Shown piece by piece: positions 23,927 to 38,622 of a stretch of DNA of 64,000 bases. Each line of letters starts with the position of its first letter. The stretch's first letter is position 1. A program made the position numbers and the translations under genes. Below the pieces are notes generated by a model that saw only the letters and a list, made by a program, of their open reading frames with translations, made no database searches and was not told the origin of the DNA. Source of the DNA: Lytechinus pictus (Eukaryota); NCBI RefSeq assembly GCF_037042905.1, contig NC_087252.1, positions 25,980,001 to 26,044,000 on the forward strand, written 5' to 3'.

Positions 23927-26900
23927 CAATGAACTGAATAAAACACTAAAGAACAACAAAAATCATAATATCATATATGAAAATAAAGTCAACATAAAAT
24001 GAGTCAAAAACAATGCTTGATAACATCAATAATTTTTTACTTAAATGATATGAATAAAACTGAAATATTTATATTATCAAAAGGAAACAGTTACTAATTA
24101 TAAAACTACTAATTAGATAATTTATTCACTGATAAAAAACACTGAAATGATAGCAATGAATTAATTATGGCATTATAGGAAATATATAGGGACGGATGCT
24201 AGATTTTGCAAAGGAGGGGGAGGGCAAATTTCCCAGAAGAAAATTTGACACGCAAACACAAAAATAAAAACAAATGGTTTTCATCAAAATTTCCTCCACG
24301 TAAAATCTGACAAGCAAAAAAGGGTCCTCGCTTGTGTATGAACGACAAATTCGAATTAAAAAAAATATGCCGTGACTCTAAAACGTGGGCACACAGGTAC
24401 GTAAGAATGGCATATTTGCATTGAAAATTTTGACTATGTCTCTCAAGGTGGGGGGGGGTTGCGGGCCGGATGTGCCACCCCCCCCCCGATCCGCCGCCTC
24501 TATATACTATACAACTTCGTTATAATGAATACTTCACCCACGAAGACACCCATGTACAGTGCACATTAAGCTTCTTCAATCTATACATAGATTACTACGC
24601 ACACTTTCTTATAGCCACCAATAGGGGAGGGGGTGCTGCTTCACCCCCTTTCCCCTTGATCTATGCCCCTTCCCACAGTAGGAATTTGGATTTTTGGGTA
24701 AAAATGGAAAATAAATGTCGCGTTTATAAATCATTCAAAAACAAAATTCGTGGAAAGTGGACATCGCGAAAGCTTCGCTTTGAAGTTTTATAATCATAAC
24801 TTGTATACCCTTATACAGCTTCACATTTTATTTAGTACACTAGAAAAAATGGAAAACGAAAGATTTCAGTTTTTCAAGGGGTAAAAATGGCACATACTCG
24901 ACGACGGACGCGAGGCTACCGTCTTTAATACATTAAATTTATTTATAAGTAGGGCCTATTACTTGCCCTGTCAGAGATTAAGGTTTCATTTTTTTTTTAA
25001 TGAAATTGATAATTTTCGACAAGAATAGAGTCTTTATTCTTTATTTTATCACTAAATAATTACTTTTCAACTTCAGGGGGCATGTGGAGTTGCAAGTTGA
25101 AGTATGTAAATAGATACTGATACTGATATGGCAAAAATAATTTTTGTTTTAGATACAATTGAAATTATACAATTAAGATTATGTTCGATATACTCTCATT
25201 CAGATTAAGAATTATTATGTAGAAGGGTGGAAAACGATTCGTTGTTTATTTTTTTTCCAGTCTTGTATATTTTTTACGGTAGTAGAATCAAATGAAATGA
25301 TTTATGAACTCATTGTAGAGTATGTCAATTAAATGAAATATGTGAGAAAGTTATGATACATGTTTTCAAAACGAAAGAAAGGAAGCAAGCAAGATTTGAT
25401 TTATAGGGGAGGGGTCGGGTATCGTGGGGATGGTGGACTCACTCCACCGGTTAATTTTTTTTTTCTCACTTTTCTACTATAATTTCAGATTCTTATGAAT
25501 TTAAATCTGAATTAGAAACCAGTTACATGTTCTTCAATAATGATTTCCTTTCTCAGTGATCATTTTTAGAAATGTAATTCTCTGATAATTCTTGCTTCAC
25601 TTATATAATTTTGCCTTTGAGTTTTATATTGTTATTGTATATTTTATTTGAGAGAAGACAATTAAAACATGTTATACAAAACAATGCACTATGCCCATTC
25701 TGGTCGCTTCTGATATGAAATAATATTCGGCCGAGCAAAACATTATCGATTGCAATCATGAAGAAATGTCTGAACAAACTGAATTATAAAGAACGCGTGA
25801 AATATCTTTGAAAAAAATGGAACAAGGGGGCTAAAAATTGTTTTGCTCCCCATTCTTTGTTGCTTCTGACGCCTATAATAGGCACAATAGTGCTCGGGCA
25901 GCTATTAGCTCCCCTGCTGACACGCAACTTATTTCATTTTGTGAGAGGGAATTAATGTCGCAACGCTGCAATCATTCCGAATACCTAGTATTATCCATAA
26001 TATTCGGCTAAATGTTATCGGGATATCAAAACAGGGGGGGGGGAGGGGTGGGGGTGAATGTTCTCATGAGGGAAGCAATTAATATAAATTGTATTATGAT
26101 AATCATGCCTCGAATGTCATCTGCAGTCATTCTAACCAATGCAATTTATGCTTCTTATCCAGAAAAAATTATCCGTTTTACCCCCTTTTGAGGGGGGGGG
26201 ATCAGTCATAATCGTTCTACCCCCCCCCCCCCTTGTCACGAATGTGTCTATGGTATAGGAGAATACAGTCGAGTTGCATCCGTATATCATCAATGAAGCT
26301 GTATAGGCCTTAAAATAAATGAAATAGCTCAATCATTCCTAACCGTGCATGCCACATGCATTACGTATCGAATTTCCAACCCATCCACTTATTCCCCCCC
26401 CCCCCCTCCCCCAAAAATACATACCGATGTCCTTGCTAAACAATTCATCAGGCGCGCCGGAATACTCACAGCATGTTCAGTTTTTTATGGGGCAAAATCT
26501 TGAAGGGGATACAATTTAGTGACAAGGGAGATCCTCAGTGAGGGAGCAAAGAGACCGAGCGAATGGATTGTGTGGGAGTGGATACCCCCACTCCAGGGGT
26601 TTATAAAGCTTTCGCCTACGGGACGTATCCATCTTCATTTTTCCACATTGGCTGAAAAAAGACTATTTGTAGTTATTTTGGGGGCCTTGAAATGACAATC
26701 TTAGCCTTTTTCTTATAAGGCCTAAATGAATAATGTGAGCACGTGAAGTGCAAGCTCAATTTTTTGGGACAATGCACTTACCTCTGCGAAAAATTATATT
26801 TTAGGTAGTTTTTTGTTGTAGTCATGAACAAGATGCACTTCCTAACTGAGCAATTAACAAGAGCGCGAAGTGCGAGTTGAATATTTAATATACTGACCCA

Positions 26901-27509
26901 AAAGGTAACTTGTTAAGAACTGTTGGCATTGGTTCATGAAGAGGACATAGCTTATCAACTAAATAATGACAGCGCGCAGCGCCAGCTGCTACTAAGCACC
27001 GTTTTTTTTTTGGTAATTTAGGACAAGATGCGCAGCTCGTTAAAAATAAAAAATAAAATAATGAAAAATAGAGAATTGCGAGCAGAAAATGTATGCATAT
27101 TGACCTAACTTGAGAACATTATAATTTTGAGCCCCGTTTATCCTTCTTGAACAGATATTCATCTCTCTTAACATGCAACACAGCGAGCGGGAAGTGCGAT
27201 TGGAGTTTATATTTTTATGCCCCCGCAGACGAAGTCCGTAGGGGACAATAAGCGTTGCTCCTGTCCGTCCGTCCATCCTTCCTTCCGTCCGTCCGTCCGT
27301 CCGTTCCCCACTTGGTTTCCACGCAATAATTCGAAAATATCATTAAATATACAAAATCCATTAAGATTTTTAAAAAAATGTGTGTAGGTAGATGACACCA
27401 AACTACAGGCTAAGTTAGAATTCGGAGTCCGCAGGTCAATGGTCACAGCTCATCAAATATGCGAGTTGGTTTCCATGCAATAATTTGAAAAATATTGCAT
27501 ATATTTTAA

Positions 27510-28251
27510 CCCTAAATCTTCCAGGGTATTTTGATTCTTGTCATTCCCGGGGGGGGGGGGCATTATGGCCCCCCTTAAGATCTCGGCCGCGGATAGCGCT
27601 AACGACGCAAAAATTTGCACGCTGGTAGTGAGCGATGTAATCTACAAGGCTGTATGGTGAAATTTTCCGAAATAATGAGATTTTATTTTATATGAATTAA
27701 ATATGCTAATTTATGTATAAATCATACTTTTTGCTCTAATTCACTAAATAAAGCTCCTAGAATGCTAATTTTTGGTGAAAATATTCTTTGTAGCATTTTT
27801 AACGATCTGAATTAAAAAAAACTTCGGTTTGGAAATCAATTTCTTATGTATTTTATTATTTTATGAATTTCTTATGTATTTTTTTTTTTACTCTTTGTTT
27901 TCTATTGTTTTTTCAATGGAAATCATTCCAGACTTAATTCTGATCATAAAAAAGACAAAATTAATTAAGTTTAATGAGTAAAAGTAGAAATATTGATACA
28001 TTTATGAATTTTGGCTAAATACACAATTTGCATTGGATTTGTACATGAAATCACGTTTATGAGCAATTTTGGGTCTGACATGCACTTACATAATGTTGCG
28101 TAATGTCGTAACCGCGTACCCGGACGTCACAAATTTGATCTCAAAATTTGCGCGAGATTTTAATAAAAAGTCAGTGAGCGGCGAGGTCGAACAATTTCGC
28201 GCAGCAGCTATATCGCGAAAATTGTCGAGGGGGGGGGCGGGAGAATTAGGG
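27510..28251. mobile_element. piggyBac-like MITE
   Basis: TTAA|CCCTAA ... TTAGGG|TTAA. Confidence 0.85.
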
Positions 28252-28987
28252 TTAAATCTTTTTTGGTTTGTAGGTAGATGACACCAAAAAACAGGTGACA
28301 GCCCGCGAGACCGAGGGTCCGCGAGACCGAGGGCCCGCGAGACCGAGGGCCCGCGAGACCGATTCTTTCCCTTCATCGGTTGCCGCGGTCGAGTGGTTTA
28401 AGGCGCCTCGTTGCAGCGGCGTAACAGGTGCCTGTTATCAGAGGAGGGGGGGGGGGCAGCGCCAATATTTCCCAGTAATTCCGTCTAGCATAACTAGAAT
28501 TTCAGTTTAGGTGGCAGTAGTTAGCACGGGAAGCGCGTTCCCGGGGGGGGTGCAGGGAAGGGAGTGTACCTACCCGCGAGAAGTGCGGAAGGTCCGACGT
28601 TCCTTTGAATTGTTCTTATCTGCTGTTGCTCATCTTAATACGTCCTCTGCCTGTTATTGGAGGGGGGGGGGAGAGCAAAAAATTCCCGGTAACTATTAAA
28701 GTCTAGAATCAGTGGCTTTGCTATAGGATTTCATTTTAGGGGGCGGTGGTGAGCACGCGAAGTGTGAGAAACACTTAATAATGAGCGCACGAAAGGCGAT
28801 CCATATTTTAAGAGGAGTTTCCCCCTCCCGCGCGAAGCACGGAAGCTCCGATGTTTTCTTCGAATTGTTCCTTGCCCGCTCCGGCCTGCTCTTCTCACGT
28901 TCTCTGCCTGTTAACGAAGAGAGGGGGATTTTTATTGCGGAAGCTCCGACGTTTCTTTGAATCGTTCCTTGTCTGCATCCACTCTTC

Positions 28988-29866
28988 CAGTGGCGTAACA
29001 GGCGGGGGTGCAGGGGGGCAGCAAGCTTCCCCCCATCCCCTGGAGGAGTTCACCGGGAAAATTAAAAAACGGGAAAAAGAAAAAAAAAGGGGGATCGAAA
29101 GAAAGAAAGGGAAAGGGAAAGGGAAAGGAAAAGAAAAAAGAGGAAAGGGGAAAAGGAAGGGGAAAAGGAAAGGAGAAAAGAAAAGTAAGGAAAAAAAAAT
29201 GAAAGGGGAAAACGGAAAGAACTTGGGAAAAGGACGGAAAGAATGACATGTGAGAAAAAATAAATTTCCCCGATATACAAATACATTAGCATGATTAGTA
29301 AGACAGGGAAATAATAACATTAAAGATGACAAAAAGGCAAACAAAAGCGGGAAATGAAGATAGAATAGAATGAGGCAAAATTTAAATTGGAAAATAAAGA
29401 GAAGGGACTAAATATTACTACCGGGCTGCTGAGGATTTAAGATAACGAGCGGGAAGAAAGATGGATGGTATATGACATAATTTCGTATGAAAGTCTATCA
29501 TAAACTTGCTAAATCTCCAAAGCTACCGGGGGCTCTGTCCAAGAGTCAAGACCCCGTGCAGTGGGGACTCTTCATCTTTAACCTTTAAAAAGCTCTATAA
29601 CGGGCCCCTATATGGACCCTTTTTGCATTAAGCTTTGCGTTGAAGCACTGGCGTACTGGGGGGGGGGGGTAGCTCCACAGCCAAGGGGAAATAAAAGAAA
29701 ATGAAGGAGGCAACAAAATGAGATTTGCCCGATATACTCCATATATCGCCCCCTCAAATCTTTGCTTCATGATGCCATTGCCAGTTCCATGATAGGACCG
29801 GGAAATTGTTGGCTCTTGCCCCCCCCCCCCCCCCCCCCCTGGCCACCGACCCCTGTTACGCCACTG
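28988..29866 (+). mobile_element. hAT-like MITE, same family as 17448-19070
   Basis: TIRs CAGTGGCGTAACAGG / CCTGTTACGCCACTG; perfect 8-bp TSD CACTCTTC. Confidence 0.92.
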
Positions 29867-32800
29867 CACTCTTCTTACGTTTTCTGCCTGAAATGGGGGG
29901 GGGAGGGGCACAGCCAAAACTTCCCGTTAACTAAGTAAAAAATTAGTGGCGAAGCTGGGGTTTAATTTATGGAGGCGGTAGTCAGCACGCGAAGCGTGTG
30001 AAACACTGCGTTCCCGGGGGGGGGGGGTCATGCATGGAGGGAGAAGCTGTGGCGATCCCTTGAACTATTCCCTGTCTGTTTCGCTCGTCTAACGTTCTCC
30101 TATACATTTTTATTTTCTCGCTCACGTTCCCCCTCTTTTTTTTTGGGGGGGGGGGGAGGGGGTGGCGTTTTTTTTGCTACGAGGGTGTAATCAATTGATA
30201 AATATAATTGATCATTTTGTTCATTCATTCATTCAGCTATTCATTAATAGATTCCTTTTTTAATATCAATTTTTTAGATAACATTTCAGCTTCTGCCGGA
30301 GTATTATTAGACTGGGGATAGTTTGCAAAGATGCCTTTCATAATATACTACGAAATCGGACACCCCATCCCCTCTCTCACTTCATCGTATAACGAAATCA
30401 TACCATAGTCTCTGAAGAAATCTACACAACCGAGGTGAAACCAAAAAATGTTACAACAATTAGATTGACGAACCCAAATACAATGGCGCCGCATCCAAAG
30501 TGAGCTGTTGCAAATTTCAAGATTTTTTTAAATAGAAATATCCTAACCATATTTTGCATAGAAACGCACACACTCATCCCACACACTGATAGACACAGAG
30601 CACATTCAAATAAATTGGATATTCTTCCAAGTTTTTTTCCTCTGTATTTTTCTCACAGCTCTCTTTACTTTCAATTTCTCCTATCGTTCCTCTTGAATCC
30701 CCCCTCTCTCTCCTTCTCCGTTCTCTTTATATAATTATGTTAACATCTTATTCCTAAATAATTTCGCTTCTTTTTTCTTCGTGATTTTTGTCTACGTCTT
30801 TTCTCTATGCTCTATGTGAACTCGGCGCTTCTATTTATTTATTTTCCTTCCCTTTTACGGTCATTTTTATTATCATTTACCTTATCTACCATTTTTTCTT
30901 CATCTGGATTTCAGAGACATACCTTTAACATACAGGAGTGTTTATAAAACGTTGTCTGGTTTTAGGAAAGTATTTATCCATTTATTTGGAGTGTCGGTAT
31001 TAAAAATTGATTCAATAAACTAAAGTGATGAATTAAACAAAGGAGACAAAATGAAACAAGGCAAAACAAAAATGCCGAATAATTATAAGGACTTAAATGA
31101 TAGTAATAATAATGATAATAATAATGATGATTAAAACAATAATGATAATGTAACTGCTACTACTACCATAGGCGGATCCAGGGGGGCCCGAGCCCCCCCC
31201 CCCCCCTCCCCCCCCCCCCCCCCCTATTGGTGGAGCAAGAAAAAAAATGAAAGAAAGAATAAAAAGGGGAAATAAAGAGGACAAAAAAGAAGAGGAGGAA
31301 GACGAATTAAGAAAATAAAATGAGGGGAAGACTTGGAAAATAAAAAGAATCTTTTATGTCACTATATCAAATTTTCGCTCGCGCTTCGCACTCGCATTAG
31401 GTGATTTTCATATCTTGTTCAATATGGAGTTTTAATATCAAGTTTGGAAGTCAATGTACAAAACAAATTTTACCTCGGAAATCGAACTTTCATTATTTTG
31501 TGTGATTTACAAATTGTTTGTTAAAATTGCTCTGTAAAAATGTAATTTTCATGGTCTGAACTGCTGAACATTAACATTTTTCGCTCGTGCTACGCGATCG
31601 CAAATTTTGATTTATCAGGTACCTATTATGTTCGTGTATTCCATAAAGTTTTCAAAGTATCACTTTTCAGTTCTGATTGTCAAAACGTATCAGCTAGCGC
31701 TTAACGCTCGCATCTTGATTGGCGAGTTATGTATGTCTCAATATTGATTATACAACAAACTACTTAAAATCCTCTTTTCATGACTGTTTATAAAAAAAAA
31801 TCGCGATTTCCACTCCCATTAATGATTAAAATATATTAACTTGATACATCCAATTTATAATTACAAAAGTGCTTGAGATGTTCAGTTTTCAGGCCATGAT
31901 ATCATCAGATTTCGTGCCCTCATTAGGCATTAATGAATAAGATATTAATTTAATAATTAAAGTGTCCCTTGTGTTTCATCTCGCACTTAGCAAGAGGAAT
32001 AGCAAGATGCATGTCTAAGGATGTCCCGGTCCTATATTAAAACTCAAAGTAATAATGATTAAAAATATCAGCTCTTTATCCACCTCACAATTTTCCTACA
32101 AAGTGCTCGAAATAATACAGTTGAAATTGACTGTTTTTCAGATCGGAATATCGAATATCAAATAGTTTAAGCACGCGCTTCGCGCTCGCTTTGATTTTCA
32201 TGATGAAAGATTTATTTAGAATGCCTAGATTCTAGGACTATATAAGTATGAAATACGCACGCGCACGTTTATTTAGATAGTCAACTTGTTCTCTATTGAA
32301 ATCATTATCCAATTTGAGATCACAATATCAAAAAGTTTCTGCTCGCACTTTGCGCTCGCATTATTAAAGGTAAATTGTGACATTGGTTTATTTCAAAACT
32401 TTCTTTTAGATTTCACTCTTCGCTTTTCAAAATACTCATAAACAAGTTCTGAGTCCATAAAATGTATTGCATTGGCCAAAAGAACTGTTTTTATTCTCAA
32501 AAAAATATATAAAGAAGAGAAATTTTGCCAAGTGAGCTTTCTTTTGATGCAGATTTTGAAATTGATATAAAAAATGAAGAGCGCCACCTTGAGACCAAAT
32601 GACATCAATACCTGCTCATGAATATTCATATCCATCGCCTCAGCGCTTGTCTCACGTGCCGATCTGTATACCGGCTATACAGTACAGTATCGGATTGAAC
32701 GGCGGAGTCTGTTTGCGACTTTTTCATTCATATCCTGTAGGAGCGTGTGCATTCGCGCAGTCCCTCGACGGCAAATTAAATAACTTGGAAACAACCAAGG

Positions 32801-33384
32801 AACTTTTTTAAATGACCATCATAATAATTGTGATGTTATGCACGTTGTTTTTCAAATCGCGGAGAATAGGTCCTACGTACATCTTGGTATCTGGGCAGAG
32901 TACCAGGTACCGAGAGACGGCTTCCTTCCCTTTCCTTGCTTTTCATCTTTGCTTCGTTTCTCTAGCTGTATTTTTTTTTCTTTACTTGTCCAGGGTATGA
33001 AGGGAGGGAGAATTATGGTTGCTTGTGAAAGGGCTATTCTTATTTTTTTCCCCGTTTTTTATTTCTATTTTATAATTATATTTACATACGCATTTTTGTT
33101 TCGATTCCGATTCACTGAATCGTTATCAATTTCTTCAGGTTCTGTATTTTGATTTGTTCATTATTATAACGTGTTGTAACATTTTTTTTAAAGGAAAAGG
33201 AAATCATTTTGTATTGAACTAGCTTTGCCGCCATTCTTCATTATTTTGCTTTGTGCGTTATATAGGCCTATAAGATGCTCTTTCTCTTCCAGTGATTATT
33301 TGTCAATATACTGCCTCAATGTATTTATCACAAAAAAATGACAAATACCGCGTGGCCTATGCCTTTTTTTTTAAACAATATATT

Positions 33385-34106
33385 CTGGGGCGGATCCAGC
33401 TTTCACTAATAACGGGGCCGGGGTGAACAATATTTTCATCCACATTTTTCCCGATCGATCGGCAGCTCAAAGCTAGTTTTTGTTGGAATCTATAGTCGTA
33501 ACAGTACTAAACCCTATAAAAAATGCGAGCGTGAGGTATTATTTTCGGACTGTGTATTGTGTCCTGAAAATTGATCTGAGCAATATGATCATTAAACAAT
33601 TAAGATGCACACTGACGGATAAGGTGCTCAAAAATTTGAATAAGTAAAGGCCTATTTAGTTCCCTTGTTCGTTTTACTATAAGCCCTTCAACAATGTTTC
33701 CGTGTTTTGTATTACATTGATCAGTTAATATTTCTTTATGTCTCATACTATTTCGATATGAATTATACCTTGTCATTGTACTTGTTACTATGATTTTATA
33801 TACTAATAACTCTGAACTTGTGAACCTGTTTAACCATGACTGAATGAATAAATCAATAAATGAATTGGTATAGATGAATATATGTTCCATCGAACAGGCA
33901 ATGCGAACACAAAGCGCGGGCTAAATTGTTTTTATACTTGTGTAGTGACATGATTGGCTCCCACCCCTCCCCAAGTCTGAATTCCCCTCACCTTTTTTTA
34001 TTCATTCTTCCTCTTATATCCCCCCCCCTCTGCTTTCGTTCATATTACTTTGCGCCGCCAATATCGGGGGGGGGGGCGTAACGTCGGCCTCCTGGATCCG
34101 CCTATG
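33385..34106 (+). mobile_element. Short copy of the GGCGGATCC hAT-like MITE family
   Basis: CTGGGGCGGATCCAG ... CTGGATCCGCCTATG. Confidence 0.75.
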
Positions 34107-34707
34107 ATACCGGTGCGTAGGTCTGTATGTTATAACCATGTAACATCGATCCCCCTCCAAGTTTCTCTTTGCATTTTTCTTTTCAACTTGTTATGGTAGT
34201 ATACTGAACAAGAACAAGTATGACGTCTCCTAGGTGCCTCTCCCTCCACCCACTCCTCCTCGGTCCGCTGCATGTGCTCGGATAATAAAATTACGTACTT
34301 ATCATGGTGATATATATATAATAAAATTGCAAATTTTATTGCAAAAACTGCATTACTCGTGAATTTGTGTTTCGCATTTCTGATGTCTTATTAAATATAT
34401 ATATATATATTCGAGGACATACAGCTAGGCGGAACTATTTGGGGGAAGGGGTCTTCCATCTCTGTGTGATTCCGAAGTTCCGATGATGGTTCAGAGAATG
34501 TACTTCATGCAAAATCACGTTTTGGCATGACCTCTCAGCGCTGGGCATATCGACGGACAAAAAAATGCAAAAATGTGATGGATCGAAATGGTAAAAAATA
34601 TATATTTTAAAGAAAACCATCGTTATAAAATGCAGTCATACCAACATATTTTTGTTAATACCAGTTTGAACTTAGATAAAAATTATAACCCGAGGCTATA
34701 TTAGCAG

Positions 34708-35654
34708 CAGGGGCGGCGGAACCGGGGGGCGGCAGGGGCACTTAACCCCCTACATAAAAAAATCCCAGTAGGAAAAAATGCCTTTTTTAAATGGAGAGTG
34801 CACTTATTTCAAAATGATGTACATGAATGTCCCTTTTCAAAATAAAATACCCTTTTTGAAGTCAAACGATACATTTTAGGTTGGAAATCACAAAATTTTT
34901 GGCTCGCGCTTCGCGCCCACATCATTTATTTTTTAGGAAGGCACTCACTTTGTTTTGGTTACAACTTGTGCTTATAATGTTCAATTTTCAGGTTTAAATG
35001 TCACAAATCTTCAGCTCGCGCTTTCCGCTCGCATCAAAGGTACACATTATGTTCTTGGTTTCAAACTGCTTAGAATATCCAGTTTTCAGGTTGAAATATT
35101 ACAAATTTTCGGCTCGCCGCGCTTCGCATCAATTATTATTTATTAAGACACACAATTAAGTTCTTGGGTTAAAAAAGTGCTTAGAATGTCCAGTTTTCTG
35201 GTTGGAATATCGCGCTCGCGTCCATTCTTCAATTAGATGCACATCTTTTTCATAACAAAATTGCTCGGAATGTTTGATTTTCATGTCTTATTAGTCATGT
35301 TAGTACAAGCAATGTCTAGAATTTATAGCTCGCGATTTGCGCTCTTAACACCTCGCAAGAATGCTCTTTTAACAATAATTTGCGCGATTTGACCAAAAAG
35401 CGGCGAGTTTCACAACTTCAGATTTGAAAATGTTCAAACTGTTTGCTTGCTACGCTCGCTCCCGGAAAAATAAAGCCTAAATAGATATTTTATCAATCAG
35501 AACAGACTTTAAAAAGGTTTTGCTCAATTTAATTACTACAAAACGCACAACTACTTAACACAGATGATAATCTCATGGTGAAAATATAAGTTTGCATAAA
35601 AAATGCAATTTTTTGCATATAAGTGCCTTTTTTCGCTTTGTCCCCCCCCCCCCC

Positions 35655-35687
<33 letters not shown>

Positions 35688-35708
35688 AAATACGTTCCGT
35701 CGCCTATG
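34708..35708. mobile_element. hAT-like satellite-bearing MITE
   Basis: CAGGGGCGGCGGAAC ... GTTCCGTCGCCTATG with internal CTCGCGCTTCGCGC units; no TSD seen. Confidence 0.6.
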
Positions 35709-35991
35709 ATTCCGTCACCTATGGCACTCGCTGGTATTTGAATATATCATCATTTACACCCTCTCAAAGAAAGCAGACTTACTTTTGCCCTTTATTTTGC
35801 CCACAATGGAACTTACAGGAAAGCATATCAAACAGGATGCAAATGGAGGTCTATTCAGCCGGACGTTATTATACGCTTTGGAGTTTGGATTCTTGTTTGC
35901 CTAGAAAACGTAAAGTATTTCAAGAGTTTTTATATTTTCATTACATCTTTGTCCTTATTTCTCTATATCCGTAGCTCTACCATGTGCGTAT

Positions 35992-36470
35992 TCGGGGGCG
36001 CCAAAATAGGGAGAAAAGGGAAGGAAAGAAAAGGGGTTGACGAATTGCTGTTTGACATGGGGAGGGGGGGTGGATGCGCCGAATTGATGTTCAACCTAGA
36101 GTATGTATATAGCGGGTGCCGAATTTATGTTTTGCTTAGGGGCGCCGAATTGATGTTCGACCTAGGATGTGCCAAATTGATCTTCATCCTAGGGGGGGGG
36201 GCGAATTAATGTTTTACCTCGGGGCGCCGTATAGATGTTCGACATAGGGGCACCGAAATGATGTTTAACCTTGGCGATGGGGCGCCGAATAATTTTTTTC
36301 TATATACGGTTGTCGAGTTGCTGTTTGACATATAGGGGCGCCGAATTGATGTTCAACCTAGGGGGTGCAGAATGGATATTCACCACACGCCAATTTGATA
36401 TTTGTCTCGGTGCATCAAATTCAGGTTCAATTTACCTAGGGAGGGGAGGGGGTGCCAAACTCATGTTTGC
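35992..36470 (+). repeat. Degenerate ~30-bp minisatellite (GGGGCGCCGAATTGATGTTCGACCTAG)
   Basis: About a dozen diverged copies visible. Confidence 0.75.
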
Positions 36471-36675
36471 TCCCATCAATTACCAATCATGTTCATGATT
36501 ACCAAAAGTGCCTAGAAAGTCCTAATTTTAGATCAGAATATAAAAACAAATTCATCCTACTCTTCGCATTAATTGTTTAGTAAGGTGGCGATCCTGTTCA
36601 TGGTAAGATAAGTGCTTAGAATGTCTGACTTTGTATCAAAATATATAGATTTTTATTCAGCTCGCGCTTCGCGCT

Positions 36676-38622
36676 CGCATAAACTGTTTTGTTACTGATC
36701 ATCCTTTTCATGATAACCGAAAATGCTTACTCAAATGTCCAAATTTTAGGTAAGAATATGAAAAAAATTTCATCTCGCTCTTTGCGGACGCATCAATGTT
36801 TAGTTAGATGACAATCCTGTTCATGATTACCAAAAGTGCTTAGAATGTCCACATTTTAGGTCAAAATATCAATCACTTTTTAAGCTCGCGCTTCGCACTC
36901 GCACAAATTTACGAGGTCAGAATATCAAAAAATTTGAACTCGCGCTTAGCGCTCGCATTAATTATTTAGCTATATACCCATCCTGTTCATGGTTATAAAA
37001 AGTGCTTATGATGTCCAGTGTTGGATTGGGAATTCAAAAATTGTCAGTTCGCACTTCGTGATCGCATAAACTGTTTTGTTACTGATCATCCTTTTCATGA
37101 TAACCGAAAATGCTTACTCAAATGTCCAAATTTTAGGTAAGAATATGAAAAAAATTTCATCTCGCTCTTTGCGGACGCATCAATGTTTAGTTAGATGACA
37201 ATCCTGTTCATGATTACCAAAAGTGCTTAGAATGTCCACATTTTAGGTCAAAATATCAATCACTTTTTAAGCTCGCGCTTCGCACTCGCACAAATTTACG
37301 AGGTCAGAATATCAAAAAATTTGAACTCGCGCTTAGCGCTCGCATTAATTATTTAGCTATATACCCATCCTGTTCATGGTTATAAAAAGTGCTTATGATG
37401 TCCAGTGTTGGATTGGGAATTCAAAAATTGTCAGTTCGCACTTCGTGATCGCATAAAATGTTTTGTTACTGATCATCCTTTTCATGATAACCGAAAATGC
37501 TTACTCAAATGTCCAAATTTTAGGTAAGAATATGAAAAAAATTTCATCTCGCTCTTTGCGGACGCATCAATGTTTAGTTAGATGACAATCCTGTTCATGA
37601 TTACCAAAAGTGCTTAGAATGTCCACATTTTAGGTCAAAATATCAATCACTTTTTAAGCTCGCGCTTCGCACTCGCACAAATTTACGAGGTCAGAATATC
37701 AAAAAATTTGAACTCGCGCTTAGCGCTCGCATTAATTATTTAGCTATATACCCATCCTGTTCATGGTTATAAAAAGTGCTTATGATGTCCAGTGTTGGAT
37801 TGGGAATTCAAAAATTGTCAGTTCGCACTTCGTGATCGCATAAAATGTTTTGTTACTGATCATCCTTTTCATGATAACCGAAAATGCTTACTCAAATGTC
37901 CAAATTTTAGGTAAGAATATGAAAAAAATTTCATCTCGCTCTTTGCGGACGCATCAATGTTTAGTTAGATGACAATCCTGTTCATGATTACCAAAAGTGC
38001 TTAGAATGTCCACATTTTAGGTCAAAATATCAATCACTTTTTAAGCTCGCGCTTCGCACTCGCACAAATTTACGAGGTCAGAATATCAAAAAATTTGAAC
38101 TCGCGCTTAGCGCTCGCATTAATTATTTAGCTATATACCCATCCTGTTCATGGTTATAAAAAGTGCTTATGATGTCCAGTGTTGGATTGGGAATTCAAAA
38201 ATTGTCAGTTCGCACTTCGTGATCGCATAAAATGTTTTGTTACTGATCATCCTTTTCATGATAACCGAAAATGCTTACTCAAATGTCCAAATTTTAGGTA
38301 AGAATATGAAAAAAATTTCATCTCGCTCTTTGCGGACGCATCAATGTTTAGTTAGATGACAATCCTGTTCATGATTACCAAAAGTGCTTAGAATGTCCAC
38401 ATTTTAGGTCAAAATATCAATCACTTTTTAAGCTCGCGCTTCGCACTCGCACAAATTTACGAGGTCAGAATATCAAAAAATTTGAACTCGCGCTTAGCGC
38501 TCGCATTAATTATTTAGCTATATACCCATCCTGTTCATGGTTATAAAAAGTGCTTATGATGTCCAGTGTTGGATTGGGAATTCAAAAATTGTCAGTTCGC
38601 ACTTCGTGATCGCATAAAATGT
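36676..38622 (+). repeat. Five near-identical 387-bp tandem units (higher-order repeat)
   Basis: GTTACTGATCATCC recurs at 36691, 37078, 37465, 37852 and 38239. Confidence 0.95.

Noticed and set aside
28851..29344. Lys/Gly-rich and Phe/Pro-rich ORFs (also 17403-17717)
   Set aside because: Translations of the purine-rich tract inside hAT-like MITEs.
36676..38622. CRISPR-like array
   Set aside because: Whole units are repeated, with no unique spacers and no cas genes; eukaryotic satellite.
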